Source: an uncultured virus (IMG/VR IMGVR_UViG_3300042462_000205)
Lineage: Duplodnaviria; Heunggongvirae; Uroviricota; Caudoviricetes
Virus record (IMG/VR): IMGVR_UViG_3300042462_000205
DNA: 64,000 nt
Reading direction: 5' to 3' (one strand)
The notes under the pieces are model-generated. The model did no database searches. It was not told the origin of the DNA and saw nothing but the letters and a program-made list of their open reading frames with translations. The translations under genes were made by a program, and so were the position numbers. Positions 49,426 to 59,389 of this stretch are shown here, piece by piece (within the stretch, counting starts at the first letter, position 1; each line of letters begins with the position of its first letter).

Positions 49426-50426
49426 TACATCTTTCAGAAATACGATCTATTCATTTAGAAATTTCGTCGCTGTGCAATGCACGTTGCCCTGAGTGTCCTC
49501 GTAATTTTCGGGGATACCCTTACAATGATGGCTACATTGAAACTAATTTAACACTAGAATCTTGTAAACGTATATTCACACCAGAATTTATAGGTCAATT
49601 ACGCCATCTAATGATTAATGGTAATTTTGGCGATGCCGTTATGAATCCTGAAACTCCTGAAATAGTTGAATATTTTAAATCACATAATTCAAGACTAGTA
49701 GTAGAAATAAGCACTAATGGTTCAGCTAGAGACAAAGAATTTTGGCAACGATTGGCTAAATCAAAAACAATTATTTCATTTTGTCTAGACGGATTAGAAG
49801 ATACTCATCATCTATATAGACAAAATACCAGTTGGAAAACTATCTTACATAACGCTAAAATTTTCATAGATGCCGGCGGCTCGGCGATTTGGAAAATGAT
49901 TAAGTTTGATCATAACGAGCATCAGATCGCCGCCTGCGAAGAATTATCAAAAGAGCTAAAGTTTGATAAATTTGATCTATTTGACCACGGTAGAAATTTT
50001 GGCCCTGTTTATGATAAACATGGAAAATTATTACATGTCATGGGCAAGCACCAAGGTGAAACATCTTTTGAAGTAAACTTTCATAAAAAACGTACAAATA
50101 TGGTACTAGTAGAAGATATTGTCAGTACAGTAAAATCTAATTTAGACTGTTTTACTAAAAAGAATAAATCGATTTATGTTAGTTCAACTGGGGAAGTCTA
50201 TCCCTGTTGCTGGACCGGCTTCAGCCCAAAAACATATGGACATGGGGAATATCTCGAAGCAGTTAATTCACAGCTTGCACCAATGATTAAAAATAACAAT
50301 GCATTAGTCTACACACTAGAAGAATGTATTGGATGGTTTAACGCAGTCGAGGAATCCTGGAAAAAAACGTCTTTCAAAGAAGGTAAATTAATTTGTTGTA
50401 ATGATAATTGTGGAATTAATGGGTAA
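49422..50426 (+). CDS. radical SAM protein with C-terminal twitch domain
   Basis: CNARCPEC, GNFGD, STNG, VYPCC. Confidence 0.88.
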   Translation: MIHLSEIRSIHLEISSLCNARCPECPRNFRGYPYNDGYIETNLTLESCKRIFTPEFIGQLRHLMINGNFGDAVMNPETPEIVEYFKSHNSRLVVEISTNGSARDKEFWQRLAKSKTIISFCLDGLEDTHHLYRQNTSWKTILHNAKIFIDAGGSAIWKMIKFDHNEHQIAACEELSKELKFDKFDLFDHGRNFGPVYDKHGKLLHVMGKHQGETSFEVNFHKKRTNMVLVEDIVSTVKSNLDCFTKKNKSIYVSSTGEVYPCCWTGFSPKTYGHGEYLEAVNSQLAPMIKNNNALVYTLEECIGWFNAVEESWKKTSFKEGKLICCNDNCGING

Positions 50427-50429
50427 ACT

Positions 50430-51011
50430 ATGCCGCTTGATTTTACATTAATTAACGAAAGTATCGTTTATTCAACAAATCGCCTATTGAATAAAACAAC
50501 AACTGTATCTCCCGGTTTATTCCTTCTAGAATCTTTTTTACATCCGATATTACTATCTAAACTAAATGATTATATTATTAATACCGATTTAGCGTGGCAG
50601 ATTGAACCGTATCAAGCAACTAAAAATAGATTGAAAATTAATTGGGTAGCAGATACAGTAATCGAGGAAGTACATATTGTTATGAAAAATTTAACCGCTG
50701 AATTAAATCGACAATTCAATCGGTCTAATAAATTTCTTGGTATAACTATTTGGAAAGATCAAGAAGGATATACAATCGAACGACACAAAGATCGTGCATT
50801 AATTGATCTAGCAATTCAAATTTATTTATTTGGTGGTACTGAAGATTTAGGTACAAAGTTTGAATATAATAATACTATTATATCAGCGGACTATAAAGAA
50901 AATTCTGGATATTTGCAGGATAATCAACTGGGTATAATGCATTATCTCGATACTCCTGTGCCCAAAGACCATAATAGGTATTCGTTATATGCTATATGGA
51001 CTAAGGATTAA
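50430..51011 (+). CDS. putative 2OG-Fe(II) oxygenase
   Basis: HKD...IQIYL...MH...RYS. Confidence 0.65.
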   Translation: MPLDFTLINESIVYSTNRLLNKTTTVSPGLFLLESFLHPILLSKLNDYIINTDLAWQIEPYQATKNRLKINWVADTVIEEVHIVMKNLTAELNRQFNRSNKFLGITIWKDQEGYTIERHKDRALIDLAIQIYLFGGTEDLGTKFEYNNTIISADYKENSGYLQDNQLGIMHYLDTPVPKDHNRYSLYAIWTKD

Positions 51012-51837
51012 ATTTACTTAACATTTGGCCTATACCCAATACTGATGAATAATCTTTAGCATGGACAACATGTGCTAATTTAGACGGATTTAAATCTAAT
51101 GTCCTGCATAAATCATAATGTGCAGTACCGTAGGTATCCCATGCATAATCTCTAGGAATATTATTAATCATAAATGCTCCGCACGAAGTTAAATTGGTGT
51201 TCACATCACCGTAATAATGATTAAACATAGTTATTGCATCGGCAGTACGTTGACGACTCCAGCGCAATCCTACTCTGTTCCATTGTAGAGCATACTTGCT
51301 GATACTCATACCAAATGATTTAATACAGGGGTGCCCTACATCTATATTAATATCTCTAGCTGAAGTAATCCATGCGAAATCAATATGTATATCAATGTTT
51401 TTAAGTTCACATTCTTTTAATAACGCAGGCCATTCTGTGCGTATGTCTGCAGATCTCCAGTGTGGAATTGAAATTATTAAAGGAATATTGGGCGCAAGCT
51501 CACCTAATTCAGTGCCGTGTTTGCCACCTACTAGACTATAATACGAATATTCGCCGGGTAGAATTTGCATTCCGTCCCACCCATACTTGAGCACAAACGA
51601 TTCAATGAAATGAGTACAACCCATGATTACATCTACACAGGGAAATTTATCCCAACCTTGTAAATCATTAAGTTTAGATGAGTGAAACCACTCATCAGCC
51701 AAGGGAATAAATTGTGCATAGTTGACCACCTGATGTGATTGACTAAACCAATCAACTTTGAGATTGTGCAAAAATTCGTCTTCGATTGGAATTAATTTTT
51801 TAGTTACATTATCTATCGACCAAGTCATATTACACAA
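51001..51837 (-). CDS. PLP-dependent transferase-fold protein (putative)
   Basis: GEY, IHIDFAW, SISK..RVG fold-type I signature. Confidence 0.55.
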   Translation of the reverse strand: MCNMTWSIDNVTKKLIPIEDEFLHNLKVDWFSQSHQVVNYAQFIPLADEWFHSSKLNDLQGWDKFPCVDVIMGCTHFIESFVLKYGWDGMQILPGEYSYYSLVGGKHGTELGELAPNIPLIISIPHWRSADIRTEWPALLKECELKNIDIHIDFAWITSARDINIDVGHPCIKSFGMSISKYALQWNRVGLRWSRQRTADAITMFNHYYGDVNTNLTSCGAFMINNIPRDYAWDTYGTAHYDLCRTLDLNPSKLAHVVHAKDYSSVLGIGQMLSKFNP

Positions 51838-51841
51838 TACC

Positions 51842-52315
51842 TTACATTGATTTATATAAAAATTTATAAAATGGAGATGTAAAATTTAATCTCCACGTGC
51901 CATTATGCCCAAAGCAAGTTTCTGCTATGATTAATTTGTCCAGTATAATACCCATTTGTTGTTGTTCACTGGCCCAGGGTTCGGGATATATAGGTTCGTT
52001 AAAACTATGAGTTTGAATTATATTTTTAATATCTATACCGTCGATTATAATTCGAGTAAGTGTTAGCAGTTGATCTCTTACTGTGCCATCAGCATCATGC
52101 TGGCATTGGGTATCATCTTTATTATAACGTTTAATCGCCAGTTGGTGCGGTTGATCGAATGTTAAAGTATGAACAAAACTTACAGCAGTGTCGACTTCAG
52201 TTAATAACCCATCAAATTTAACTGTATCGTCTACGAATATAGTAACACCTGGAGGTAAATCCCAGTATTCACTTTTAAATTCGATGACAAATTTTATAAT
52301 CTCTTCATTGTGCAT
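51842..52315 (-). CDS. hypothetical protein
   Basis: 157-aa ORF upstream of PLP-fold gene on same strand. Confidence 0.65.
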   Translation of the reverse strand: MHNEEIIKFVIEFKSEYWDLPPGVTIFVDDTVKFDGLLTEVDTAVSFVHTLTFDQPHQLAIKRYNKDDTQCQHDADGTVRDQLLTLTRIIIDGIDIKNIIQTHSFNEPIYPEPWASEQQQMGIILDKLIIAETCFGHNGTWRLNFTSPFYKFLYKSM

Positions 52316-52399
52316 TGTAATTTTACTTATCTTATGCTAAACTTAAAGAAATAAAATTAATTACAAAGACACATAAATACTTTAAACTGGAGTAGAACT

Positions 52400-52648
52400 T
52401 TGCAAAAGCGTACACGTAGTATCCTTACCGAGCTAGATGAGTTATTAGCACACAAGGATAAAGCAAATCTGATTGAAAGTAGAGCTAATAACATCATTAA
52501 TGGTGCTATTAACCTCATTAATCACATCCGTGAAAACTATGATACCGAGCAAGCAGGCGAGCTAGAACGCCGCTTACTTAATGCAATCAAAGGACAAGAC
52601 CCTGCAAAATTCAGCCGTGGTATTAGGAAATTAAAAGATGAAGATTAA
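52400..52648 (+). CDS. hypothetical late protein
   Basis: TAAATA and GGAG upstream, TTG start. Confidence 0.7.
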   Translation: MQKRTRSILTELDELLAHKDKANLIESRANNIINGAINLINHIRENYDTEQAGELERRLLNAIKGQDPAKFSRGIRKLKDED

Positions 52649-53183
52649 TGAAATTTTAGCCGAAGTAAAATTAACAGGAACAACAACACCCACTCAATCT
52701 AGAAGTGCGTTAGGTTCGTTCCTTAGGGGTGCAGGTGCAACTCAAGGAGCAGATGCAGTAGATGCATACGCAAATGCCAATGCTCTTGCTACTGGAGTTC
52801 GTCAGACTAAAATTAGAAAACCTAATGCTAATCGAGTTTCAGCCGCAGACAAAGCAGCTGCTGCAACTGATGCAAAACGAGCAAGATTTATAGCTATAAT
52901 AAAACAACAAGCAGACCGTCAAGGATCTATATCAATGAGTGATATAGGAAAACGTATTCCAAAACAAGGTGAATACGCAGACCTAACACGACGTAGAGAA
53001 GCAATTAGAAACGTTGCTCAAGAATTACAACAACAAGGAGTAATAGTAACTGGCGCACCAGTCGCTGCACCTCCATCGACACCTGCAGCCAATGAACCAT
53101 ACAGCATAGGCGGACAACAATTAGATCCTAATAAACCTGGTGATAAAGCAATTATTGATAAACTTAAAGCTACCCAAGCATAA
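52638..53183 (+). CDS. putative internal head protein
   Basis: MKINEILAE N-terminus; Ala-rich, basic. Confidence 0.55.
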   Translation: MKINEILAEVKLTGTTTPTQSRSALGSFLRGAGATQGADAVDAYANANALATGVRQTKIRKPNANRVSAADKAAAATDAKRARFIAIIKQQADRQGSISMSDIGKRIPKQGEYADLTRRREAIRNVAQELQQQGVIVTGAPVAAPPSTPAANEPYSIGGQQLDPNKPGDKAIIDKLKATQA

Positions 53184-54439
53184 TGAAATTATTTGAAATA
53201 AAAAAACAAACTCCGCAATGGTTACTTGCTGAAGCCGCTGGTGCAAAAGCAGTAAATCCACACCTTGAGCATCTAGAAGACTTAATCTTTAACAGTGGCT
53301 ATGCAGGTGCACTTGCGGCATTGGATTATGTAGAAAGTCTACGTGTGATGTTGGCAGAAGGCACAGGCACTACTACACAACTAACAGTTAAATGGGACGG
53401 CAGTCCAGCAATTATCTGCGGCATTGACCCTAGTGATAGTAAATTCTTTGTTGGTACTAAATCAGTGTTTGCTAAAGGTGAACCGAAACGTTGTAAAACA
53501 GCTAAAGACGTTGAAAAATGGTATGCACCACAGCCAGAGCTTGCAGCTAAACTACTAGCATCATTGAAGTATCTGAGTAAGTTGGGTATCGGCGGTGTAG
53601 TACAGGGCGACCTAATGTTTACAGAAGGTGATATCAGCATAGTGGCTATTAACAATGAAGATTGTTATGTGTTTACACCAAATACAATTACCTATGCCGT
53701 ACCAGTTAACAGCCAATTAGGGCAACGTATTGCCAAGGCTAAACTTGGCATTATATTCCACACTAGCTATGAAGGCGATTCACTGGATGCAATGTCAGCA
53801 AACTATGGTGTGAACGTGAGTGGGTTAACTCAAACGTCGGCAGTATGGTTCGATGATGCAACTTATAAAGATTATACAGGTATTGCTAGTTTAACTCCGA
53901 GTGAAAATGCTAAAATACAAAAGCAAATTGCAGCCGCACAGGCAACAATGGCCAAAATTGGTCAGGACCGCTTTGATATTATTCTAAATAATAAAGACTT
54001 TGCTCGCAGTATCAAACCATTCATTAATCAAATGGTTAGACAAGGCGCACAAGTGGGCGAGCCATTGCAGTTCTTACAAAAGTTTGTTAATTACTACAAC
54101 GACGAACTAATGAAGGGCATTGAAAACCTATCCGGCGGAATTGCAGGCCGTGCGGCACAGGCTCGTTTAGTAAAGATTAAAGAAAAAGAACAATGGGTAG
54201 CAGATAACGCCAACAACTTGTTAGCAATACTGGCTACTTATAAACGAGTTATTGAACTTAAACATGCGTTAATGCGTAAACTACAACAGGTAGACAGCAT
54301 CGGCACATTCCAAAAAACCAACGACGGTTATAAAGTAACTGCACCAGAAGGCTTTGTTGCTATAGGGCATGACGGTGGTGCAGTTAAGCTAGTCGATAGG
54401 CTTGAATTCAGCAGAACTAACGCACTACGACGTGACTAA
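53183..54439 (+). CDS. DUF6267-like protein with ATP-dependent ligase (nucleotidyltransferase) motifs
   Basis: HLEHLED, TVKWDGSPA (motif I KxDG), QGDLM, PEGFV, VKLV. Confidence 0.7.
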   Translation: MKLFEIKKQTPQWLLAEAAGAKAVNPHLEHLEDLIFNSGYAGALAALDYVESLRVMLAEGTGTTTQLTVKWDGSPAIICGIDPSDSKFFVGTKSVFAKGEPKRCKTAKDVEKWYAPQPELAAKLLASLKYLSKLGIGGVVQGDLMFTEGDISIVAINNEDCYVFTPNTITYAVPVNSQLGQRIAKAKLGIIFHTSYEGDSLDAMSANYGVNVSGLTQTSAVWFDDATYKDYTGIASLTPSENAKIQKQIAAAQATMAKIGQDRFDIILNNKDFARSIKPFINQMVRQGAQVGEPLQFLQKFVNYYNDELMKGIENLSGGIAGRAAQARLVKIKEKEQWVADNANNLLAILATYKRVIELKHALMRKLQQVDSIGTFQKTNDGYKVTAPEGFVAIGHDGGAVKLVDRLEFSRTNALRRD

Positions 54440-54523
54440 AAACAAACATTATTGCATAGAATTTTTATGCAGATGATAAATAAAAGTATGCGCGAAAGCG
54501 TAACATAAATTAGGAGAAATAAC

Positions 54524-54892
54524 ATGGCTACACCAGCAGCAATAAATCCAGCATCAACAACCTTAAACGTTGAACAAGTAGGTCGTAATATTAGCTTTTT
54601 CACAGTTGACTACATCAATGACGTATCAGGTTCAGATGGTCCAGGTGAAACACAACAATTAGTATTAAACACAATCCAAACATTGCACACAATCGTTGCT
54701 ATTGGCCCATTAGCTGATGGTGATACACAACAAACTTTTGCAATCGAAGGTGACTTGTTCACTCCACAAGGTGGTATAACATTGCAAGCATCAATCCGTC
54801 TTCTTACAAACACCGGCGGCGTTGATGTTTCAAATGCAACAGTTACCGCAACTAAACTTGCTATCTTAACAGCAGCAGTAGTTGCAGTTTAA
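54524..54892 (+). CDS. small late virion protein (decoration-like)
   Basis: TAAATA, 5' hairpin, AGGAG RBS, own terminator. Confidence 0.65.
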   Translation: MATPAAINPASTTLNVEQVGRNISFFTVDYINDVSGSDGPGETQQLVLNTIQTLHTIVAIGPLADGDTQQTFAIEGDLFTPQGGITLQASIRLLTNTGGVDVSNATVTATKLAILTAAVVAV

Positions 54893-54912
54893 TTATTAAT
54901 TAAACAACAAAT

Positions 54913-54935
54913 AGCACTCTTCGGAGTGCTTTTTT
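54913..54935 (+). terminator. rho-independent terminator
   Basis: agcactc-ttcg-gagtgct followed by T run. Confidence 0.9.
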
Positions 54936-55005
54936 GTGGCTAGTATTCTTAAATTATGCTAAATACTATTATACGCAACTAGCGTGACAAATTAGGAGAA
55001 ATAAA

Positions 55006-55323
55006 ATGGCTACAGATTTAACAAGAGCAAAAGGCGGAGCATTTCCAATTGGCTCAGTAGGACAAACATTAGTAACAGGTCGTGAATTAACATTTTACAC
55101 TGTGGGATTGACAGGTGTACATACAAATTATTCAGCAATCGATAGCGACTTTGAAAAATTAGTACGTGCAATCGAAACAGTGGGTTCAATTGAACTTTTA
55201 GGTACACCAGGCGGTGACGCTTTCCGTGTAGCTATTTCAGGCGCAAACAAAACAGCAGGTGAATTACAAACATTGCTGGCAGCGGCAGTAGCAACTACAA
55301 CAGTGGCATCATACACATTCTAA
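55006..55323 (+). CDS. small late virion protein, distant paralog of 54524
   Basis: GRELTFYTV vs GRNISFFTV; same upstream architecture. Confidence 0.65.
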   Translation: MATDLTRAKGGAFPIGSVGQTLVTGRELTFYTVGLTGVHTNYSAIDSDFEKLVRAIETVGSIELLGTPGGDAFRVAISGANKTAGELQTLLAAAVATTTVASYTF

Positions 55324-55343
55324 TATAATGTGTAAATTAAAAG

Positions 55344-55369
55344 AGGCAGTTTTATTACTGCCTTTTTTT
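55344..55369 (+). terminator. rho-independent terminator
   Basis: aggcagt-tttatt-actgcct followed by T run. Confidence 0.85.
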
Positions 55370-55387
55370 ACGACTATAAATATTGCT

Positions 55388-55810
55388 ATGGAAACATTGT
55401 ATCGATATTACGCATATACCTTAATAGATATAACCGAAACTAACGTACTAACACAATCGGCAGAAAATCAAAAACAACGCAATCAACAACGAAATTGGGA
55501 AACAATAAACCAGTTATTAAGTTTGCGAGCACAGTTAATGGAATTTAATTATCTATCTGTGGTCACTGATGATGTAGCCGAGTACTCATTTGGTATTAAC
55601 TATACCGGTACACATAATATTTGGTCGTTTGACTTTGCAGTTGAGCGAGAAGATGTCTATGCATTCAATCACGATAGATACGGTATACTCAAAGATGACT
55701 TTAAACTTGCACCTATTATACTTGGCTTAGATGAAACTGCTCAACCACCATTACCTTTATTCTACGCCAGTGGCGCGGACAAAAATATTTATTTTAAAAC
55801 ACGTAGTTAA
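55388..55810 (+). CDS. hypothetical protein (track start 55328 lies before terminator)
   Basis: TATAAATA 5 nt before ATG 55388; TLIDIT..RNQQRNWET..LR. Confidence 0.7.
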   Translation: METLYRYYAYTLIDITETNVLTQSAENQKQRNQQRNWETINQLLSLRAQLMEFNYLSVVTDDVAEYSFGINYTGTHNIWSFDFAVEREDVYAFNHDRYGILKDDFKLAPIILGLDETAQPPLPLFYASGADKNIYFKTRS

Positions 55811-55925
55811 AAATACCACATAAGAACTAAATATTAGTTAGATGCAACACTAATCATCATGGCACATATTAAGGCATAAACTAGGCTCAACGAATACGCA
55901 TCGCTACTAATAAAAGAGAGCGATA

Positions 55926-56189
55926 ATGGCAAAACCTACAGATATTGAGAAAGAAAATTTAGAAGCACATGTCGAACTATGCGCCGTAAGGTACGGTAGC
56001 TTGGAAACTAAATTAAACAACTTAGAACAGAGAATGGATAAACTCGAAATCCATCTGATTGACATTAAAAACAGTCTAACCGATAAGATATCAGGTGGCG
56101 ACAAACAAACCATCAGCATCTTCACAACTATGATGGGCGTAGTACTAGCTGGACTTATTGGCTTTATTTCCCATTCACTATTTAAATAA
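55926..56189 (+). CDS. coiled-coil plus C-terminal TM protein (holin/XhlA-like candidate)
   Basis: Heptad repeat then IFTTMMGVVLAGLIGFI. Confidence 0.55.
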   Translation: MAKPTDIEKENLEAHVELCAVRYGSLETKLNNLEQRMDKLEIHLIDIKNSLTDKISGGDKQTISIFTTMMGVVLAGLIGFISHSLFK

Positions 56190-56235
56190 AACTCTGCAAT
56201 GTCATCCTGTAATAAATACTTTATAGGATAACATC

Positions 56236-56445
56236 ATGAAAATTGTTGAACTTACAAACAAACTACTACTAACAATCACAAACGAAGAACACGAACTCTT
56301 AGAACAGTTCACCGGCGATAATACTATTGCTAAAAGTCAATTAGATGACCGCGAACAACTAATTGCAAATCAACTCACAGTCAAAGATGTACTGTTAAGA
56401 ACAAATGAAGCCGGCAAAATCTACTACAAAAAACGTATTGACTGA
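56236..56445 (+). CDS. late hypothetical protein
   Basis: TAAATA, AGGA; MKIVEL N-terminus. Confidence 0.7.
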   Translation: MKIVELTNKLLLTITNEEHELLEQFTGDNTIAKSQLDDREQLIANQLTVKDVLLRTNEAGKIYYKKRID

Positions 56446-56896
56446 GATTGACGTTGAAAAAATACGTCGATTTACAGAAGCAGAGCTGGCTAAACATAGT
56501 AAAGGTCCGCTGCCATTCTGCTATCAACTAGGTGCAGATACATTAATCGTTGGTAAGTATAAAATAGTAAAGATTACGGATAAAAATTGGCGAATAACTA
56601 AAGATAATGAACAGGTATTTGACTTTTTTAACAGAAAAGACGCCATATTTTACTGCATTGCTCTACACAAGCACAAATATGAATTAGCACAAGAAGTACG
56701 AGTTAACGATAACTTAATTGGCGTACTTGAATTTGATGCTATATTATATAGATATCGCTATAAACAGGCACAACAGAAGAACGATGATTGGAATATAGCA
56801 TTATATTCTAATAAATACACTGAAACTATGTTACGTATCGAAGAATCAAAGAAACAATTGAAGAAGTCTATTGTTTTGATAAATAATATTAAATAA
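56405..56896 (+). CDS. hypothetical protein (start possibly TTG 56438)
   Basis: Long ORF in late operon. Confidence 0.65.
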   Translation: MKPAKSTTKNVLTEIDVEKIRRFTEAELAKHSKGPLPFCYQLGADTLIVGKYKIVKITDKNWRITKDNEQVFDFFNRKDAIFYCIALHKHKYELAQEVRVNDNLIGVLEFDAILYRYRYKQAQQKNDDWNIALYSNKYTETMLRIEESKKQLKKSIVLINNIK

Positions 56897-56917
56897 TTGC
56901 ATTAGGAAGAATTAACC

Positions 56918-57595
56918 ATGAAACTATCAGAAATGTCTCAGACATCTGCAAAAAAAATTAATAAAGTATTAGAAAGCCGCTTTGGCTTTGCTATTAATTA
57001 TGATAATTTGTCTATTGCCAAAGCACAACGCTTAGGTGAAACAATATCATTAAACTTAAATAAAATCCGTCATAGTGCGGATTTTCACAGAGCAGAAACA
57101 AATCCACGTTACATGGAATTGTTAACTGTACAAGAAGGCCTAAACACTTGGCTTACTGAACAACATCAACAACTTAACGAAGGTGAAGTTGGTAATGCAG
57201 AAGTACTATTAGCTGCTAAAGATATGGTTGATTCAGTACAAGATACCATTGAGAAAGTTGGTAAAATGCAAAATGAACAACTTCCACAATTGCTTGACAG
57301 CATCCGTGATCAAATTGGTAGTGAGCAAGCTGATGCATTTAAAAATGCAGTTGGCGCAACATTAGATCAACTAATGCAAAACTTACAATCTGCACGTGAA
57401 GGTGTTGACACTGGTGTACGTGTATTAAGCGGTGAGCAAGTGGATAATCCAATGGCTATGCCAGGTGACGAACTAGGTGGTGAATTACCTCCACCACCAG
57501 AAAGTGACTTTGATGCAGAAGAACCAGCTGATGGTTTTGCCGCTACTGATGCAGCCGTTGGCGGAACCGAAACATTGGGCAGAGAACTGCGTTAA
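56918..57595 (+). CDS. putative prohead core/scaffold-like protein
   Basis: MKLSEM, helical, LxE sites, acidic Pro-rich tail. Confidence 0.55.
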   Translation: MKLSEMSQTSAKKINKVLESRFGFAINYDNLSIAKAQRLGETISLNLNKIRHSADFHRAETNPRYMELLTVQEGLNTWLTEQHQQLNEGEVGNAEVLLAAKDMVDSVQDTIEKVGKMQNEQLPQLLDSIRDQIGSEQADAFKNAVGATLDQLMQNLQSAREGVDTGVRVLSGEQVDNPMAMPGDELGGELPPPPESDFDAEEPADGFAATDAAVGGTETLGRELR

Positions 57596-57987
57596 TGCGC
57601 TTACGTGAATTTGCTCACGGTCCAACAAACACTCCAGAGTCTAACCTAGTTACTGCTCTGGAGTTATTACGTCATCGTTCAGAAGATAAGTCGTCGCCAG
57701 CAACAATTAGTACACAAAGTCTTATTAATCTTGTATTAAACACAGATCACACATTTGACTATGAATCATTGGTTGATGCTAATGAAAACAATCCAGCAGT
57801 AAAAAACCTTATTAAAAGTTTCAATCAAGATCAAGTAGTACTTGCTCCGGTGCACGGTAATGAAGAAGAACCTACAACAACTAATATTGGCGGTACGGAA
57901 CAAAATACATTCCAAACACCAGTAGACGATGTCAGCAGCATGGCCAAACGTGCTGCTAAAACCCGCGGCGCACCTGTAGCACAATAA
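57595..57987 (+). CDS. late hypothetical protein
   Basis: MRLREF N-terminus, MAKRAAK tail. Confidence 0.65.
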   Translation: MRLREFAHGPTNTPESNLVTALELLRHRSEDKSSPATISTQSLINLVLNTDHTFDYESLVDANENNPAVKNLIKSFNQDQVVLAPVHGNEEEPTTTNIGGTEQNTFQTPVDDVSSMAKRAAKTRGAPVAQ

Positions 57988-58017
57988 TTGACTAGCTAGC
58001 AGAGTCTGTGCTATAAT
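57988..58017 (+). promoter_or_regulatory. sigma70 promoter (extended -10), leaderless for 58025
   Basis: TTGACT-18-TATAAT with TG; ATG 7 nt downstream. Confidence 0.7.
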
Positions 58018-58024
58018 ATAAATT

Positions 58025-59323
58025 ATGATACCTATCCCACATACTCCGCTCGATGAAAACACAAATATTGTAGAATGGGCTAAAGAAAACAAACACATCT
58101 GTGCGCAACCATATACAACTCTACAATACTTTTTCAACGATGCAGTAAAACCTTGTTGTAATTTTAGTTTACCTGCTACAACTGATTACTTCACTCCTAT
58201 TCAAGAATTAAAACAAGCAATTGAAACCGGGCAGACTGACGAACGTTGCAAGTTGTGTTACAAATGTGAAGCGGAAGGCTTAATTAGTGAACGTATACGA
58301 TCTTTGAATGTATGGGATGTTGATCGATTAAAGACTTTCGTTACTACTCGTCGATTGGGTTCAGATTTTTATGTACACTGTACACTATCGGGCTTGTGTA
58401 ATATGGCCTGTCGAAGTTGCAATGAGGGAAATAGTAGCTTATATGCGAAAATATGGACTGGTAAAGATGGTTTAACGGCAACATTATCCGATAATACACA
58501 TGCATGGCAATCTCTATTAGACAATATCATTACCGCAGTTAATACACAGGATAATGTAATTCTTGTTGTGTCCGGCGGAGAAGGTTTAGTTCAGACTGAT
58601 TTTTTTAAATTAATCGATTGGTTGATTGCTAACAATCTTAATAAGAAAATAACGCTACAAATTAATACAAATGGCTCAGTCGACAAAGAAGAATTATTTT
58701 TAGAATTAACTGATAAATTTAAAGCTGTACATCTATCAATAAGTGTTGATAGTGTATATGAAAATTATTATTATGTACGCTGGCCTGTCACCTGGGATAA
58801 GATACATAAAAATTTAAATTCATTTGTGCATTATGCAAAGACTATTCCAAATTTTAATTTTGGATTAACTCCGGTATTTTCAATTAATAATATATTCTAT
58901 TTGTCTGATTGGATTAAATTCTTTCAATCGTTCGCTGAAGAACACGAAATCCCATATATCTATACCCTAGACACTCCGTTATATAATCCAGACTGGCTTG
59001 ATATACAATATATGCCGACATATATTAAACAAGCCCTTGCAGAAGATTTATCTACCATTGAGAATAATCCTGCATTACTTAGTGGAAGCTGTGTTGGATT
59101 TAGGGCCAATGTGTTAAACATTATTCAAATAGCAAATAGTCCAACTACTCAGCCAAATCAACCGTCTGTATGGAAAGAATATTTAAGAAAAACAGCAACC
59201 TGGGATCATTTAACCAAGGCAAAGTTTGCAGAGCATAATAAAAAATTATATAATTTATTGAATAGTAATGACCGCGCATTTTTTGATCGTTACAGACTAA
59301 TGCAACCTAAAGAAGCACAATAA
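58025..59323 (+). CDS. radical SAM protein with N-terminal twitch-like domain
   Basis: CAQPY..KPCC..CKLCYKCE; CNMACRSC; SGGE; NTNG. Confidence 0.88.
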   Translation: MIPIPHTPLDENTNIVEWAKENKHICAQPYTTLQYFFNDAVKPCCNFSLPATTDYFTPIQELKQAIETGQTDERCKLCYKCEAEGLISERIRSLNVWDVDRLKTFVTTRRLGSDFYVHCTLSGLCNMACRSCNEGNSSLYAKIWTGKDGLTATLSDNTHAWQSLLDNIITAVNTQDNVILVVSGGEGLVQTDFFKLIDWLIANNLNKKITLQINTNGSVDKEELFLELTDKFKAVHLSISVDSVYENYYYVRWPVTWDKIHKNLNSFVHYAKTIPNFNFGLTPVFSINNIFYLSDWIKFFQSFAEEHEIPYIYTLDTPLYNPDWLDIQYMPTYIKQALAEDLSTIENNPALLSGSCVGFRANVLNIIQIANSPTTQPNQPSVWKEYLRKTATWDHLTKAKFAEHNKKLYNLLNSNDRAFFDRYRLMQPKEAQ

Positions 59324-59389
59324 TCAAAATACATTGATATCACCACATAAATAGTGTAGTATATTAGTATACTATTATAGGAGAATACT

